Shown piece by piece: positions 9,489 to 17,593 of a stretch of 64,000 nt of DNA; position 1 is the stretch's first letter; every line of letters begins with the position of its first letter. The notes under the pieces were generated by a model. The model was given only the letters and a program-made list of their open reading frames with translations, had not been told where the DNA came from and did not search any database. The stretch covers positions 3,474-67,473 of the forward strand of contig VGSQ01000001.1 in assembly GCA_016874975.1 (NCBI GenBank). The letters are read 5' to 3'. The position numbers and the translations under genes are program-made. The stretch comes from Deltaproteobacteria bacterium. Its GTDB lineage: Bacteria; Desulfobacterota; Desulfobaccia; Desulfobaccales; 0-14-0-80-60-11.

Positions 9489-9695
9489 TCAGGCCGCGTT
9501 CATGATCCAGGCCACGGTCTTGTCCTCCAGGGCCTTGAGTCCGAAGCTGATGCACGCGGTCTTGCAGCAGCCGCAGCCGATGCAGAGCCCGGTGTCCACG
9601 TAAATGGCGCCCTCCCGTTCGGAAATGGCCCGCACGGCGCAGACATGCAGGGCGTAGCAGTCCTTGCAGTTGTGGGGACAGATGACATTGAGCAT
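9489..9695 (-). CDS. 4Fe-4S dicluster ferredoxin-like protein
   Basis: 68 aa with 'CIGCGCCKTAC' and a second Cys cluster 'CPHNCKDCYALHVC'. Confidence 0.8.
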   Translation of the reverse strand: MLNVICPHNCKDCYALHVCAVRAISEREGAIYVDTGLCIGCGCCKTACISFGLKALEDKTVAWIMNAA

Positions 9696-9794
9696 GCTTT
9701 TACTCCCTTGGGCGGAAAAATTCTTGCCAACACTTCTGAGATTCCGACAGAAAAGGCCGACGGGCTTCAGCCCGTTTGCCGGGCCGGGAGAAGC

Positions 9795-11360
9795 TCACCC
9801 CAGAATGCGGTCGATTTCCTCTCTGTCCGCGTCCATGACATAGGTGATGCCGGAGACCTCCGCGGCTTCCCGGGTGAGGGCCACCAGGTCGTTGCGGTCG
9901 ATATATTTCAGGGCGAACTTGCGGGCCCCGGCCATGAGCTGCTGCAGGCCCTGGCGCAGCCGGTCGACGTAGGAGTAAAAGCCGATGGCGCCGGCGGGCA
10001 GTTTGGTGAAGTCTTTGCCGAACCGGGCCTTGAGCTGGGAGCCCACCGCGAAGAGGCGTTCGTAGCCCTGGGCCAGGTCGCCGCCGTCCCGCTCCAGCTT
10101 CCGGGCCAGGAGCCGGCCGTGGGTCTTGCCCACCATGGCCGCGGTCATGACCGAGCGCCCCATGCAGACCGCCTTGACGTAAGGGGCGGCCAGGGCGATG
10201 GCCTTGAAGATATGGTCTTCCAGGGACAGGCCCCCGGCCATGGCGATGGGCGGCACATAGGCCCCCTGGGCCCTGAGGCGCTTACACATCTGGTAGGTGA
10301 GGCACTCCAGGTGAACCGTGGGGATGCCCCATTCGTTCATCATGCGCCAGGGGCTCATGCCGGTGCCGCCGCCGGCCCCGTCGATGGTGAGGAGGTCGAT
10401 CCCGGCCTGGGAGGAAAATTTCAGGGCCCGGGCCAGGTCCGCGGGCCGGTAAGCCCCGGTCTTGAGGGTGACGTATTTGGCCCCCACCCGGCGCAGGCGC
10501 TCCACCTCCCGATAAAAACCATCTTCCTCCACCATGCCCAGGCGGGAGTGGCGCTCGAATTCGCTGATGCCTCCCATCCTGAAGGCGTCCTGGGATTCGG
10601 GCAGGCTAGGGTCGGGCAGCACGATGTAATCCCGCTCCTTGAGCTGCAGGGCCCGCTCGATGCTTTTGAGCTTGACCTCGCCGCCGATGTCCTTGGCGCC
10701 CTGGCCCCATTTGAGCTCAAAGATCTCGATGCCCAGTTTTTCGATGACGTATTCGGGCACGCCCAGGCGGGTGTCTTCCACATTGGCCTGGATGATGATG
10801 CCGCCTCTGCCGTCATACCACCGTTTAAAGCTGTTGACCCGGCGCTCCATTTCCGGGGAGCGCACCACCCGGCCGTTTCTGATTTCGGCCTGGGCGTCCA
10901 TGCCGCAGATGTTTTCCCCGGCCACCACGATGACGCCGGAGATGGCCGCACCCACCGCCATCTCCTCCCAGTTGATGCGGGCGATGTCCGTGGAACCCAC
11001 GGCCCCGGTGAAGATGGGGAAGTCCATCTTGACGCCGCCGTCGGCGCCCAGTTCGGTAGAGCAGTCCACCGCGGGGAAGACGGCTTTGTCCGAGTCCGCC
11101 TCCACCCCCACGGCGCCCACGCAGGTGCCCTGGATGTTGAAGTGGGAGAAATCCGCCGGATAATTCTTGTCGGCGCCGGCGGTCACCTTGCCGAAAGGCT
11201 GGGGATAGATCACCTCCCGGCCTTTCAGGGCGGACCGGCCGATTTCGCAGGGTCCTTCGCACCCGTCCAGGCAGGTGACGCAAATGCCCGAGATGGGGGC
11301 GGGCTCCACCCGGGTGGTGGTGAGAGTGGCGGCGCTGCGGTTGGGTTTGCTGAACGACAT
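9795..11360 (-). CDS. glutamate synthase-related FMN protein (GltB domain-2 like)
   Basis: Start moved to ATG 11358-11360 (MSFSKPN...), preceded by GGAGGAGG. N-terminal Cys cluster 'CVTCLDGCEGPCE'; 'GGTGMSPWRMMNEWGIP' and 'IAMAGGL' are typical of the GltS FMN domain. The upstream 91 codons of the track ORF look non-coding. Confidence 0.85.
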   Translation of the reverse strand: MSFSKPNRSAATLTTTRVEPAPISGICVTCLDGCEGPCEIGRSALKGREVIYPQPFGKVTAGADKNYPADFSHFNIQGTCVGAVGVEADSDKAVFPAVDCSTELGADGGVKMDFPIFTGAVGSTDIARINWEEMAVGAAISGVIVVAGENICGMDAQAEIRNGRVVRSPEMERRVNSFKRWYDGRGGIIIQANVEDTRLGVPEYVIEKLGIEIFELKWGQGAKDIGGEVKLKSIERALQLKERDYIVLPDPSLPESQDAFRMGGISEFERHSRLGMVEEDGFYREVERLRRVGAKYVTLKTGAYRPADLARALKFSSQAGIDLLTIDGAGGGTGMSPWRMMNEWGIPTVHLECLTYQMCKRLRAQGAYVPPIAMAGGLSLEDHIFKAIALAAPYVKAVCMGRSVMTAAMVGKTHGRLLARKLERDGGDLAQGYERLFAVGSQLKARFGKDFTKLPAGAIGFYSYVDRLRQGLQQLMAGARKFALKYIDRNDLVALTREAAEVSGITYVMDADREEIDRILG

Positions 11361-11697
11361 CCGACCTCCTCCTTGCTGGGACGCGAGCCTGGGGGGCGAC
11401 AGGGCCGCGACCTCCAGGTGCTGACTCATCCTCACGGTGAGAATGGTAAGTAGAAGTAAATACGCCCGGCGCGGCCTCTTGTCAAGTTTCTTTTCAGGTG
11501 CAGCACCGGATTCAGCAAAATTTTCCTGAGCCGGGCGGGTGCGGCGGGCGCCCGAAAGGCATCCCGGACGGCCGTCGGCGCAGGCTGTCGCCCTGACCTG
11601 GCGCAATCGGGAAAGGCTCCCTCCTGCCCCCACCGCCGCCGGGGAACAGGCAGAGAGAAAGGCAGAGGTCGCCGGACTAGGGATTTCCGCATTGGCA

Positions 11698-11716
11698 AAT
11701 CAGGGAATCCCTGATT
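11698..11716. promoter_or_regulatory. perfect palindrome AATCAGGGA-A-TCCCTGATT (candidate activator site)
   Basis: 9-bp arms read directly, about 210 bp upstream of the sigma-54-like element at 11919. The half-site ATCAGGGAA recurs at 57578 and 63174, and as ATCGGGGAAT at 44111. Confidence 0.4.
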
Positions 11717-11918
11717 GCAGCGACGTTTATTTCGGCGATGCTATTACATAGGTTTTTTAATAATGATTTCCACGGTGCATTTCTTTAACATGAGCAATTA
11801 AGCGTTCCCATTCGGTTTTCCCGATGGAGGCGGATATCGTTCCGAGGGCTGAACACGGGAGGCCGGAGGGCAGGGCAACGAATCGGACAAGCGCTTGAAC
11901 TTTTTATGTTTATGGAAA

Positions 11919-11934
11919 TGGTACGGCCTTTGCA
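11919..11934 (+). promoter_or_regulatory. sigma-54 type -24/-12 promoter upstream of flp (locus 1)
   Basis: TGGTACGGCCTTTGCA versus consensus TGGCACG-N4-TTGCW. GG and GC are at the correct 12-nt offset. Lies in an AT-richer divergent intergenic region, 320 nt before the flp ATG. Confidence 0.6.
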
Positions 11935-12065
11935 AAATCACCCCGAGGAGGGTGATCATCCCGGCAAAACCTGAGGCGCTGCCGTTTCAACCTCTCCTGA
12001 ACTTAACAATGAACATTCAAAATATCTCCAAGGAGATTACAAAAATCTTTAATTCGGACCTCCCC

Positions 12066-12096
12066 TTGACAATGAAGCTTTGCTTTTTATTATAAA
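12066..12096 (+). promoter_or_regulatory. sigma-70-like promoter upstream of flp (locus 1)
   Basis: Perfect -35 TTGACA (12066-12071). The -10 is TATTAT with a 16-nt spacer, or TATAAA with 19 nt. About 165 nt before the flp ATG. Confidence 0.45.
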
Positions 12097-12256
12097 AAGA
12101 ACTACCCGGAAATTGCCGGGCCCGAGTGGGCGTTGAACCAGCATTCCGGGCCGAGGAGGTGAGCAGCGGGCAGCAGGTCGCAAAGCAAGGGCTGAACTTG
12201 AGGGATATATCTGAGCAACCCAAATGGACCACATCAATGTGAGGAGGAAAAACACC

Positions 12257-12448
12257 ATGGAACGGATTAAACGGTTTATCCACGCAGACTCCGGCGTCAC
12301 CGCCATGGAGTACGCCATGATCCTGGGCCTGTTGGCCGCGGCCATTCTGGCTGGCATTGGTCTCTTTTATGGCAACATGGCCACGCTGTTCAACGCCTGG
12401 GCCACGTGGTTCACGAGCCCCAGCACCAAGGCGCCGGTGGGAAGCTGA
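12257..12448 (+). CDS. flp: Flp family type IVb/c pilin
   Basis: Start at ATG 12257 after gaggagga. 'MERIKRFIHADSG/VTAMEYAMILGLLAAAIL' is the Flp G/xxxxEY motif with a hydrophobic helix. 63 aa. Confidence 0.9.
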   Translation: MERIKRFIHADSGVTAMEYAMILGLLAAAILAGIGLFYGNMATLFNAWATWFTSPSTKAPVGS

Positions 12449-12495
12449 CGTCAGCCCCTGAAGCTGCGTCCTGTTAACCGCGAGGACCAACGGCC

Positions 12496-12690
12496 ATGCA
12501 ACGGGCGATAAAGTTTCTGAGGGACGACGCGGCCGCCACCGCCATGGAATATGGGATGATCCTGGGTCTGGTGGGGGCGGCCATCCTGGTGGCCATTAAC
12601 CTCTTTTACACCAATCTGGCCACCATCTTTTTCGCTTGGGCCGGTTGGTTCACCAGCCCCTCCACCACCAATCCGGTGGGAGGAAGTTGA
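12496..12690 (+). CDS. flp: Flp family pilin (second copy)
   Basis: 64 aa; 'DDAAATAMEYGMILGLVGAAIL'. The C-terminal half is nearly the same as the first copy ('WFTSPST'). Confidence 0.88.
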   Translation: MQRAIKFLRDDAAATAMEYGMILGLVGAAILVAINLFYTNLATIFFAWAGWFTSPSTTNPVGGS

Positions 12691-12697
12691 CCGGGGC

Positions 12698-12743
12698 GTC
12701 CCGGGAATTCCCGGGACACCTCCCTTTATCGAGGTGGTTTTTA
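12698..12743 (+). terminator. hairpins after the pilin genes (candidate attenuator/terminator)
   Basis: 20-nt perfect palindrome GTCCCGGGAATTCCCGGGAC (12698-12717), then CACCTC-N8-GAGGTG followed by GTTTTTA. Confidence 0.45.
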
Positions 12744-12950
12744 GGGCGGCTCGCGGCGGATGCGGCCGCCCTGAAAACTCCCGGGGCTTGGCGGCGGTTC
12801 AGCCATGATGGGCCACAAGCCTGCGGGGCCGGCCCGGCCCCTGCAGCAGTGAAGGGGGGCGGGACGCACCCTGAGCGGCTGCATGAATGAGTGGCGAGGC
12901 CGGGCATGTTGCGGTAAAATAAAAAGAAACACTGAAGGAGACGGGGGGCG

Positions 12951-13520
12951 ATGGTGAGCGACTGGTGGCAGCAGGTTTACCCCTGGCTGGCGGCCCGGGG
13001 TCCCCTCCTCGCTCCCCTGTTATTGACGCTCTGGATGGCCTGGGGCGACATCCGCACCCATCGCATCCCCAACTACCTGACCTTCGGCACGGCCCTCACC
13101 GGATTGGGTTACCAACTGTGGGCCGGGGGCTGGGGCGGTTTGTGGGACGGCTTCCTGGGGCTCCTGCTGGGCTTTTTCCTGCTCATCCTGCCCTACGCTT
13201 TGGGGGGCATGGGGGCGGGCGACGTCAAGGCCCTGGCGGGCCTGGGCGCCTGGCTGGGAGTGAAGCAGACCTTCATCCTGTTTATCCTGATGGGAGTGGC
13301 CGGCGGCGTGCTGGCCATCCTGGTGGTCTGTTGGCGGGGGCAGGTGCGCGAGAAGCTGAAGGCCTGGAAGGTGATGGTGATGAATTTCATGCTCATCCAC
13401 GCCGGGGGCGGCAAGCGCACGGCGCCTGCCGCGGCGGAGACTCCCCGGCCCCAGGAGAAAGGCTTCGCCTACGGCGTGGCCCTGGCCCTGGGAATGGTAG
13501 CCCTGTTTGTGCGAGGTTAA
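12951..13520 (+). CDS. cpaA: A24 family prepilin peptidase (CpaA/TadV type)
   Basis: 189 aa polytopic; both aspartate motifs are present: 'WGDIRTHRIPNYL' and 'GGMGAGDVKALAGLG'. Confidence 0.9.
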   Translation: MVSDWWQQVYPWLAARGPLLAPLLLTLWMAWGDIRTHRIPNYLTFGTALTGLGYQLWAGGWGGLWDGFLGLLLGFFLLILPYALGGMGAGDVKALAGLGAWLGVKQTFILFILMGVAGGVLAILVVCWRGQVREKLKAWKVMVMNFMLIHAGGGKRTAPAAAETPRPQEKGFAYGVALALGMVALFVRG

Positions 13521-13526
13521 GAAACC

Positions 13527-13982
13527 ATGAGTGTCCGACGGCGTGTGCGCAGGTTTTCCCGGGGCCAGCGGGGAGTGGCGGCGGTGGAGCTGGCCATCAT
13601 CATCCCCGTGTTCCTGCTGATGCTCTTCGGGGTGCTGGAGTTCGGGCACACCTGGTACATCCAGCACGCCCTGACCAACGCCAGCCGGGAGGGGGCAAGG
13701 TACGGCATTGTTTACAAGAATTTTACGACTCCCCCTTACACCCGCATGCCCCCGCAAGCCTTCACCCCCTCCATCCAGGAGGTCGTCGACGGCTATCTCC
13801 TGCAATTTTTCGCGGCCAAATTCTGGGAAGTGAAAATATTAAAAGGAGGGTCTGCCACTACGGCAGGTAGCGACCTTGAGGTAGAAGTCTCTGCGGACAA
13901 GGCATGGTTCGCGCTGGGGGGGCTGGTGCCCGGCCTGACCACCATCAAACTGAAGGCGACCACCACCATGAAACTGGAGTGA
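13527..13982 (+). CDS. tadE: TadE-like pseudopilin
   Basis: 151 aa; 'GVAAVELAIIIPVFLLMLFGVLEFG' is the TadE N-terminal motif. Confidence 0.85.
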   Translation: MSVRRRVRRFSRGQRGVAAVELAIIIPVFLLMLFGVLEFGHTWYIQHALTNASREGARYGIVYKNFTTPPYTRMPPQAFTPSIQEVVDGYLLQFFAAKFWEVKILKGGSATTAGSDLEVEVSADKAWFALGGLVPGLTTIKLKATTTMKLE

Positions 13983-13992
13983 GGACAAAAGT

Positions 13993-14817
13993 ATGAAGCT
14001 TCCCGCGGGCGTAAAGTATTTGATTCTGGCAGGGGTGGTGGGCCTGGTGGCCACCGTCCTGATTCACCGCTACATCACCACCAAGACGGTGACCATCGTC
14101 AGACCCACGGACCAGGTGGTGGTGGCCACGGTGGAGATTGAGCCCGGCACGGCCCTGAGCGGCCGCATGGTTTCCGTGGCCACCTGGCCCAAGGAGATCA
14201 TCCCGGCCAACGCCATCCGCAGCCTGGAGCAGCTTGAGGGCCGGGTGGTGCAGACTTACATCAGCAAGGGCGAGCCGGTGCTCACCACCAAGCTGGCCCC
14301 GGTGGGCACCGCCGCCGGGCTGGGCGGCTTGCTGAAGCCGGGCCTGCTGGCGCTGACCATTCGCACCGACGAAGTCTCCGGGGTGGCGGGCTTCATCCAC
14401 CCGGGCGACCTGGTGGACGTGCTGGCGGAACTGCCCTCGCCCTCCGGCGGCGGGGAGCACTTCTCCAAGGTGATCCTGCAGGGTCTCAGGGTCCTGAGCA
14501 AAGGGCAGATCACTGACCAGACCGGCGAGAAGAAGCCCCAGGTGGTGACCACGGTGACCCTGGAGGTCACCCCGGAGCAGGCCGAAATCCTCAACCTGGC
14601 CAGCTTCCAGGGCAAGATCCGCCTGGCCCTGCGGAACCAGTTGCATAAGGAAACGTACGTCACGGCGGGCGTGGTGACCTCCCAGCTCATCACCAAGTCG
14701 CCTCCGCCCGTGGCCGCCGCGGAGGAGACCCCCAAGCCGCAGCCGGAGGTGAAGCGCAAGGCGGAGCGGGAAGTGGAAGTGATCAAAGGGATGAAGCGGA
14801 GCTCCTCCAACCTGTAA
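13993..14817 (+). CDS. cpaB: Flp pilus assembly protein CpaB/RcpC
   Basis: 274 aa; N-terminal TM segment and SAF-like region. About 80% identical by eye to 54626-55447. Confidence 0.88.
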   Translation: MKLPAGVKYLILAGVVGLVATVLIHRYITTKTVTIVRPTDQVVVATVEIEPGTALSGRMVSVATWPKEIIPANAIRSLEQLEGRVVQTYISKGEPVLTTKLAPVGTAAGLGGLLKPGLLALTIRTDEVSGVAGFIHPGDLVDVLAELPSPSGGGEHFSKVILQGLRVLSKGQITDQTGEKKPQVVTTVTLEVTPEQAEILNLASFQGKIRLALRNQLHKETYVTAGVVTSQLITKSPPPVAAAEETPKPQPEVKRKAEREVEVIKGMKRSSSNL

Positions 14818-14952
14818 GCATGAAGCTTCAAGCCATCCGTCAGGCGCTTACCAGGGAGGGATGGGGCGGAGGGCCGGCAGGGAGGCTCGGTGGCGCCGGC
14901 CCTGAAGTTGCCGCCCCAGTATGCCGATCAAGGAGAGAGGGCAAGGCGCTGG

Positions 14953-16161
14953 ATGAAACCTGAAATACTCACCATTGCCATCCTGTTCGGGGCAGGCGCG
15001 CAGAAGCCCGAGGTGCTGGAATTGGTGCAGGGCCTGCCCCACACCAAGCTCCTTTTCAGCGCCCTGGACGCGGAAAGTTTTCTCGCCCGGATCGGAGACC
15101 GCCCCCCGAAGGTGGCCCTGCTGGACCTGGACAACGCCACCACGGTGCCAACCTGGCTGGACAGCCTGGTGAAACGCCTGCCGCGCTGCGCCATCCTGGT
15201 CACCTGCCATAACCTGGACCCGCTGTTCATCATCAAGATCATGCAGCGCAAGGTGCGGGACTACCTGACGTCGCCGCTCCAACGGGAGGAGTTGCTGGCG
15301 GCCCTGGACCGGGTGCGCACCGACCCCCACCGCGAGAGCGGCGAGGGCGCCTCGCACTGCCAGACCGTGGTGGTGGCGGGGGCCAAAGGGGGCGTGGGCA
15401 CCACCTGCATCGCCACCAATCTGGCGGTGGCCATGGCGGAGCGCCAGCCGGGACGGGTGGTGCTGGTGGACCTGGCCCGGCCCTTCCCCAATGTCGGGCA
15501 ATTTCTGGACCTGAAGTCGCCCCACAGCATCATGGACCTGGTGGACAAGGTGGACCGGCTGGACTCCGTGTTTCTGGGCAAGATTCTGCAAAACCACCCC
15601 CGCAACCTGACGGTGTTGCTGGGGTACGGGGGGTTGAGCCTCAACGCCCATCCGCTCTTGGAGCCCGACATCCTGGACAAGATTTTTCACAGTCTGAAAG
15701 CCTCCTTTGATTGGATCGTGGTGGACCTGGGGCACTGGCTGGACTCCCTCTACCTCAAGGTGGTGGAGGAGGCGGATCAGATTTTGCTGGTCACGGAGTT
15801 GTCCGTCCCCGATTTACAGAACCTGAAGAAGATTCACGGCTATTTTCAGCACTGGCAGATTGACCCCGCCAAGATCCGCCTGGTGGTCAACCGCTACAGC
15901 AAGAGCTTCACCCTGGGATTGCGCGACCTGGAGGGGGTGTTTCAAAAGCCGGCGGACTTTGCGCTTCCCAGCGATTACGCCAACCTTATCGAAGCCATCA
16001 ACCAGGGGGCGCCTCTGGCCGAGGTGGCCCCCCGGTCCAAGCTCTGGCGGGAGCTGCAGGGGGTGGCCGAGTCCGTTATCCGGTCCCGCCAGGTCGGTCC
16101 GGCAGCGGCGGCCCCGCCTCGGAAAAGCTGGTGGCGCCGTCTCTTTTCTTCCAAGGAGTAA
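14953..16161 (+). CDS. cpaE: CpaE/TadZ-like pilus localisation ATPase (receiver-like + ParA/MinD fold)
   Basis: 'VVVAGAKGGVGTTCIATNLAVA' deviant Walker A after a receiver-like N-domain. ATG 14953 preferred over GTG 14890. Confidence 0.85.
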   Translation: MKPEILTIAILFGAGAQKPEVLELVQGLPHTKLLFSALDAESFLARIGDRPPKVALLDLDNATTVPTWLDSLVKRLPRCAILVTCHNLDPLFIIKIMQRKVRDYLTSPLQREELLAALDRVRTDPHRESGEGASHCQTVVVAGAKGGVGTTCIATNLAVAMAERQPGRVVLVDLARPFPNVGQFLDLKSPHSIMDLVDKVDRLDSVFLGKILQNHPRNLTVLLGYGGLSLNAHPLLEPDILDKIFHSLKASFDWIVVDLGHWLDSLYLKVVEEADQILLVTELSVPDLQNLKKIHGYFQHWQIDPAKIRLVVNRYSKSFTLGLRDLEGVFQKPADFALPSDYANLIEAINQGAPLAEVAPRSKLWRELQGVAESVIRSRQVGPAAAAPPRKSWWRRLFSSKE

Positions 16162-16167
16162 TGCATC

Positions 16168-17574
16168 ATGGCTTGGTTGTACGATCCCAGGAAAGGACCG
16201 GGGGGGTCCCAGGAAGGCAACGGCCCCGGCGAGGCTTCCGGCGAAGCCAAAAGCGGTCCCCAGGAAAGTCGCAGCACCCGCCTCCACGAAATCAAGACCC
16301 GCCTGCACCGCAACCTGGTGGAGCGTCTGGACATCGACCAGTTGCAGCAGATGGATGAGGCGGTGGTGGCCAGTGAGATCCACCGGGCCGTGGCCATTCT
16401 GTTGGCGGACGACCCCTTCCCCCTGACTTTGGAGGAGCGGGCCAAGATCGCCCAGGAACTGGAATTCGAGATCCTGGGATTGGGGCCCCTGGAGCCCCTG
16501 ATGCGGGACCCCACCATCTCCGACATCATGGTCAACCGCCACAATGAGGTCTATATCGAACGCCACGGGCGCATGGAGCTGACGCCCATTAAGTTCCGGG
16601 ACAACACCCACCTGATGCGCATCATCAACAAGATCGTCAGCAACGTGGGCCGGCGCATCGACGAGTCCTCGCCCATGGTGGACGCCCGGCTGCCCGACGG
16701 CTCCCGGGTGAACGCCATCATTCCGCCCCTGGCCCTGGACGGCCCCCTGCTGTCCATCCGGCGGTTCATGGTGATGCGGCCCACCATGGACGAGATTCTC
16801 AAGCGCCAGACCCTCACCCCGGAGATGGCCGAAGTGATGGAGGCCATCGTCAAGTCCAAGCTGAATATCCTCATCTCCGGCGGCACGGGCACGGGCAAGA
16901 CCACGCTGCTCAATATTCTGTCCGTTTACATCGGCGCCGAAGAGCGCATCGTCACGGTGGAGGACGCGGCGGAACTGCAGCTCCAGAAGCGCAACGTCTG
17001 CCGCCTGGAGACCCGGCCGCCCAACATCGAAGGCAAAGGCGAGATCAGCCAGCGAGAACTGGTGCGCAACTCCCTGCGCATGCGCCCCGACCGCATCATC
17101 GTGGGCGAGGTGCGGGGCGTGGAGGTCATGGACATGTTCCAGGCCATGAACACGGGTCATGAGGGCTCCATGAGCACCATCCACGCCAACAGTCCCCGGG
17201 ACGCCCTGCTGCGCCTGGAAACCATGGTCAATCTGGCGGGCTACCAGATCCCCCAGAAGGCCCTGCGCAACCTCATCAGTTCGTCCCTGGACGTCATCAT
17301 CCACCTGGCCCGGCACACCGACGGCGTGCGCCGCATCGTCTCGTTCTCGGAGATCACCGGCATGCAGGAGGACATCATCAGCCTGCAGGACATCTTCGTG
17401 TTCGACCGGCGGGGAATAGACGAGGAGGGCCATATCCTGGGGCAGTACATGTCCACCGGGGTGCGGCCCCGCTTCGCGGACCGTTGCCGGGTTTTCGGCC
17501 ACCCCGTCCCGGACGAATATTTCCTTCCGGCCCGGCTGGCCCGGTCCGGGTGGCTGGGCGGGGCCTCCGTCTGA
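16168..17574 (+). CDS. cpaF: CpaF/TadA secretion ATPase
   Basis: 468 aa; '[12 protein letters not shown]' Walker A, '[11 protein letters not shown]', '[12 protein letters not shown]', '[12 protein letters not shown]'. Confidence 0.97.
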   Translation: MAWLYDPRKGPGGSQEGNGPGEASGEAKSGPQESRSTRLHEIKTRLHRNLVERLDIDQLQQMDEAVVASEIHRAVAILLADDPFPLTLEERAKIAQELEFEILGLGPLEPLMRDPTISDIMVNRHNEVYIERHGRMELTPIKFRDNTHLMRIINKIVSNVGRRIDESSPMVDARLPDGSRVNAIIPPLALDGPLLSIRRFMVMRPTMDEILKRQTLTPEMAEVMEAIVKSKLNILISGGTGTGKTTLLNILSVYIGAEERIVTVEDAAELQLQKRNVCRLETRPPNIEGKGEISQRELVRNSLRMRPDRIIVGEVRGVEVMDMFQAMNTGHEGSMSTIHANSPRDALLRLETMVNLAGYQIPQKALRNLISSSLDVIIHLARHTDGVRRIVSFSEITGMQEDIISLQDIFVFDRRGIDEEGHILGQYMSTGVRPRFADRCRVFGHPVPDEYFLPARLARSGWLGGASV

Positions 17575-17593
17575 GCTGCTGAGGAGTCATATC

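Noticed and set aside
9645-11453. 602-aa plus-strand ORF, and similar long antisense ORFs at 1277-2710(+), 15814-17502(-), 39298-40560(+), 49399-51108(+) and 57696-59498(+)
   Set aside because: Each is the mirror frame of a gene with clear family motifs (GltB-like, trpB, cpaF, minD-like, cpaF2, the sigma-54 regulator). None has recognisable motifs.
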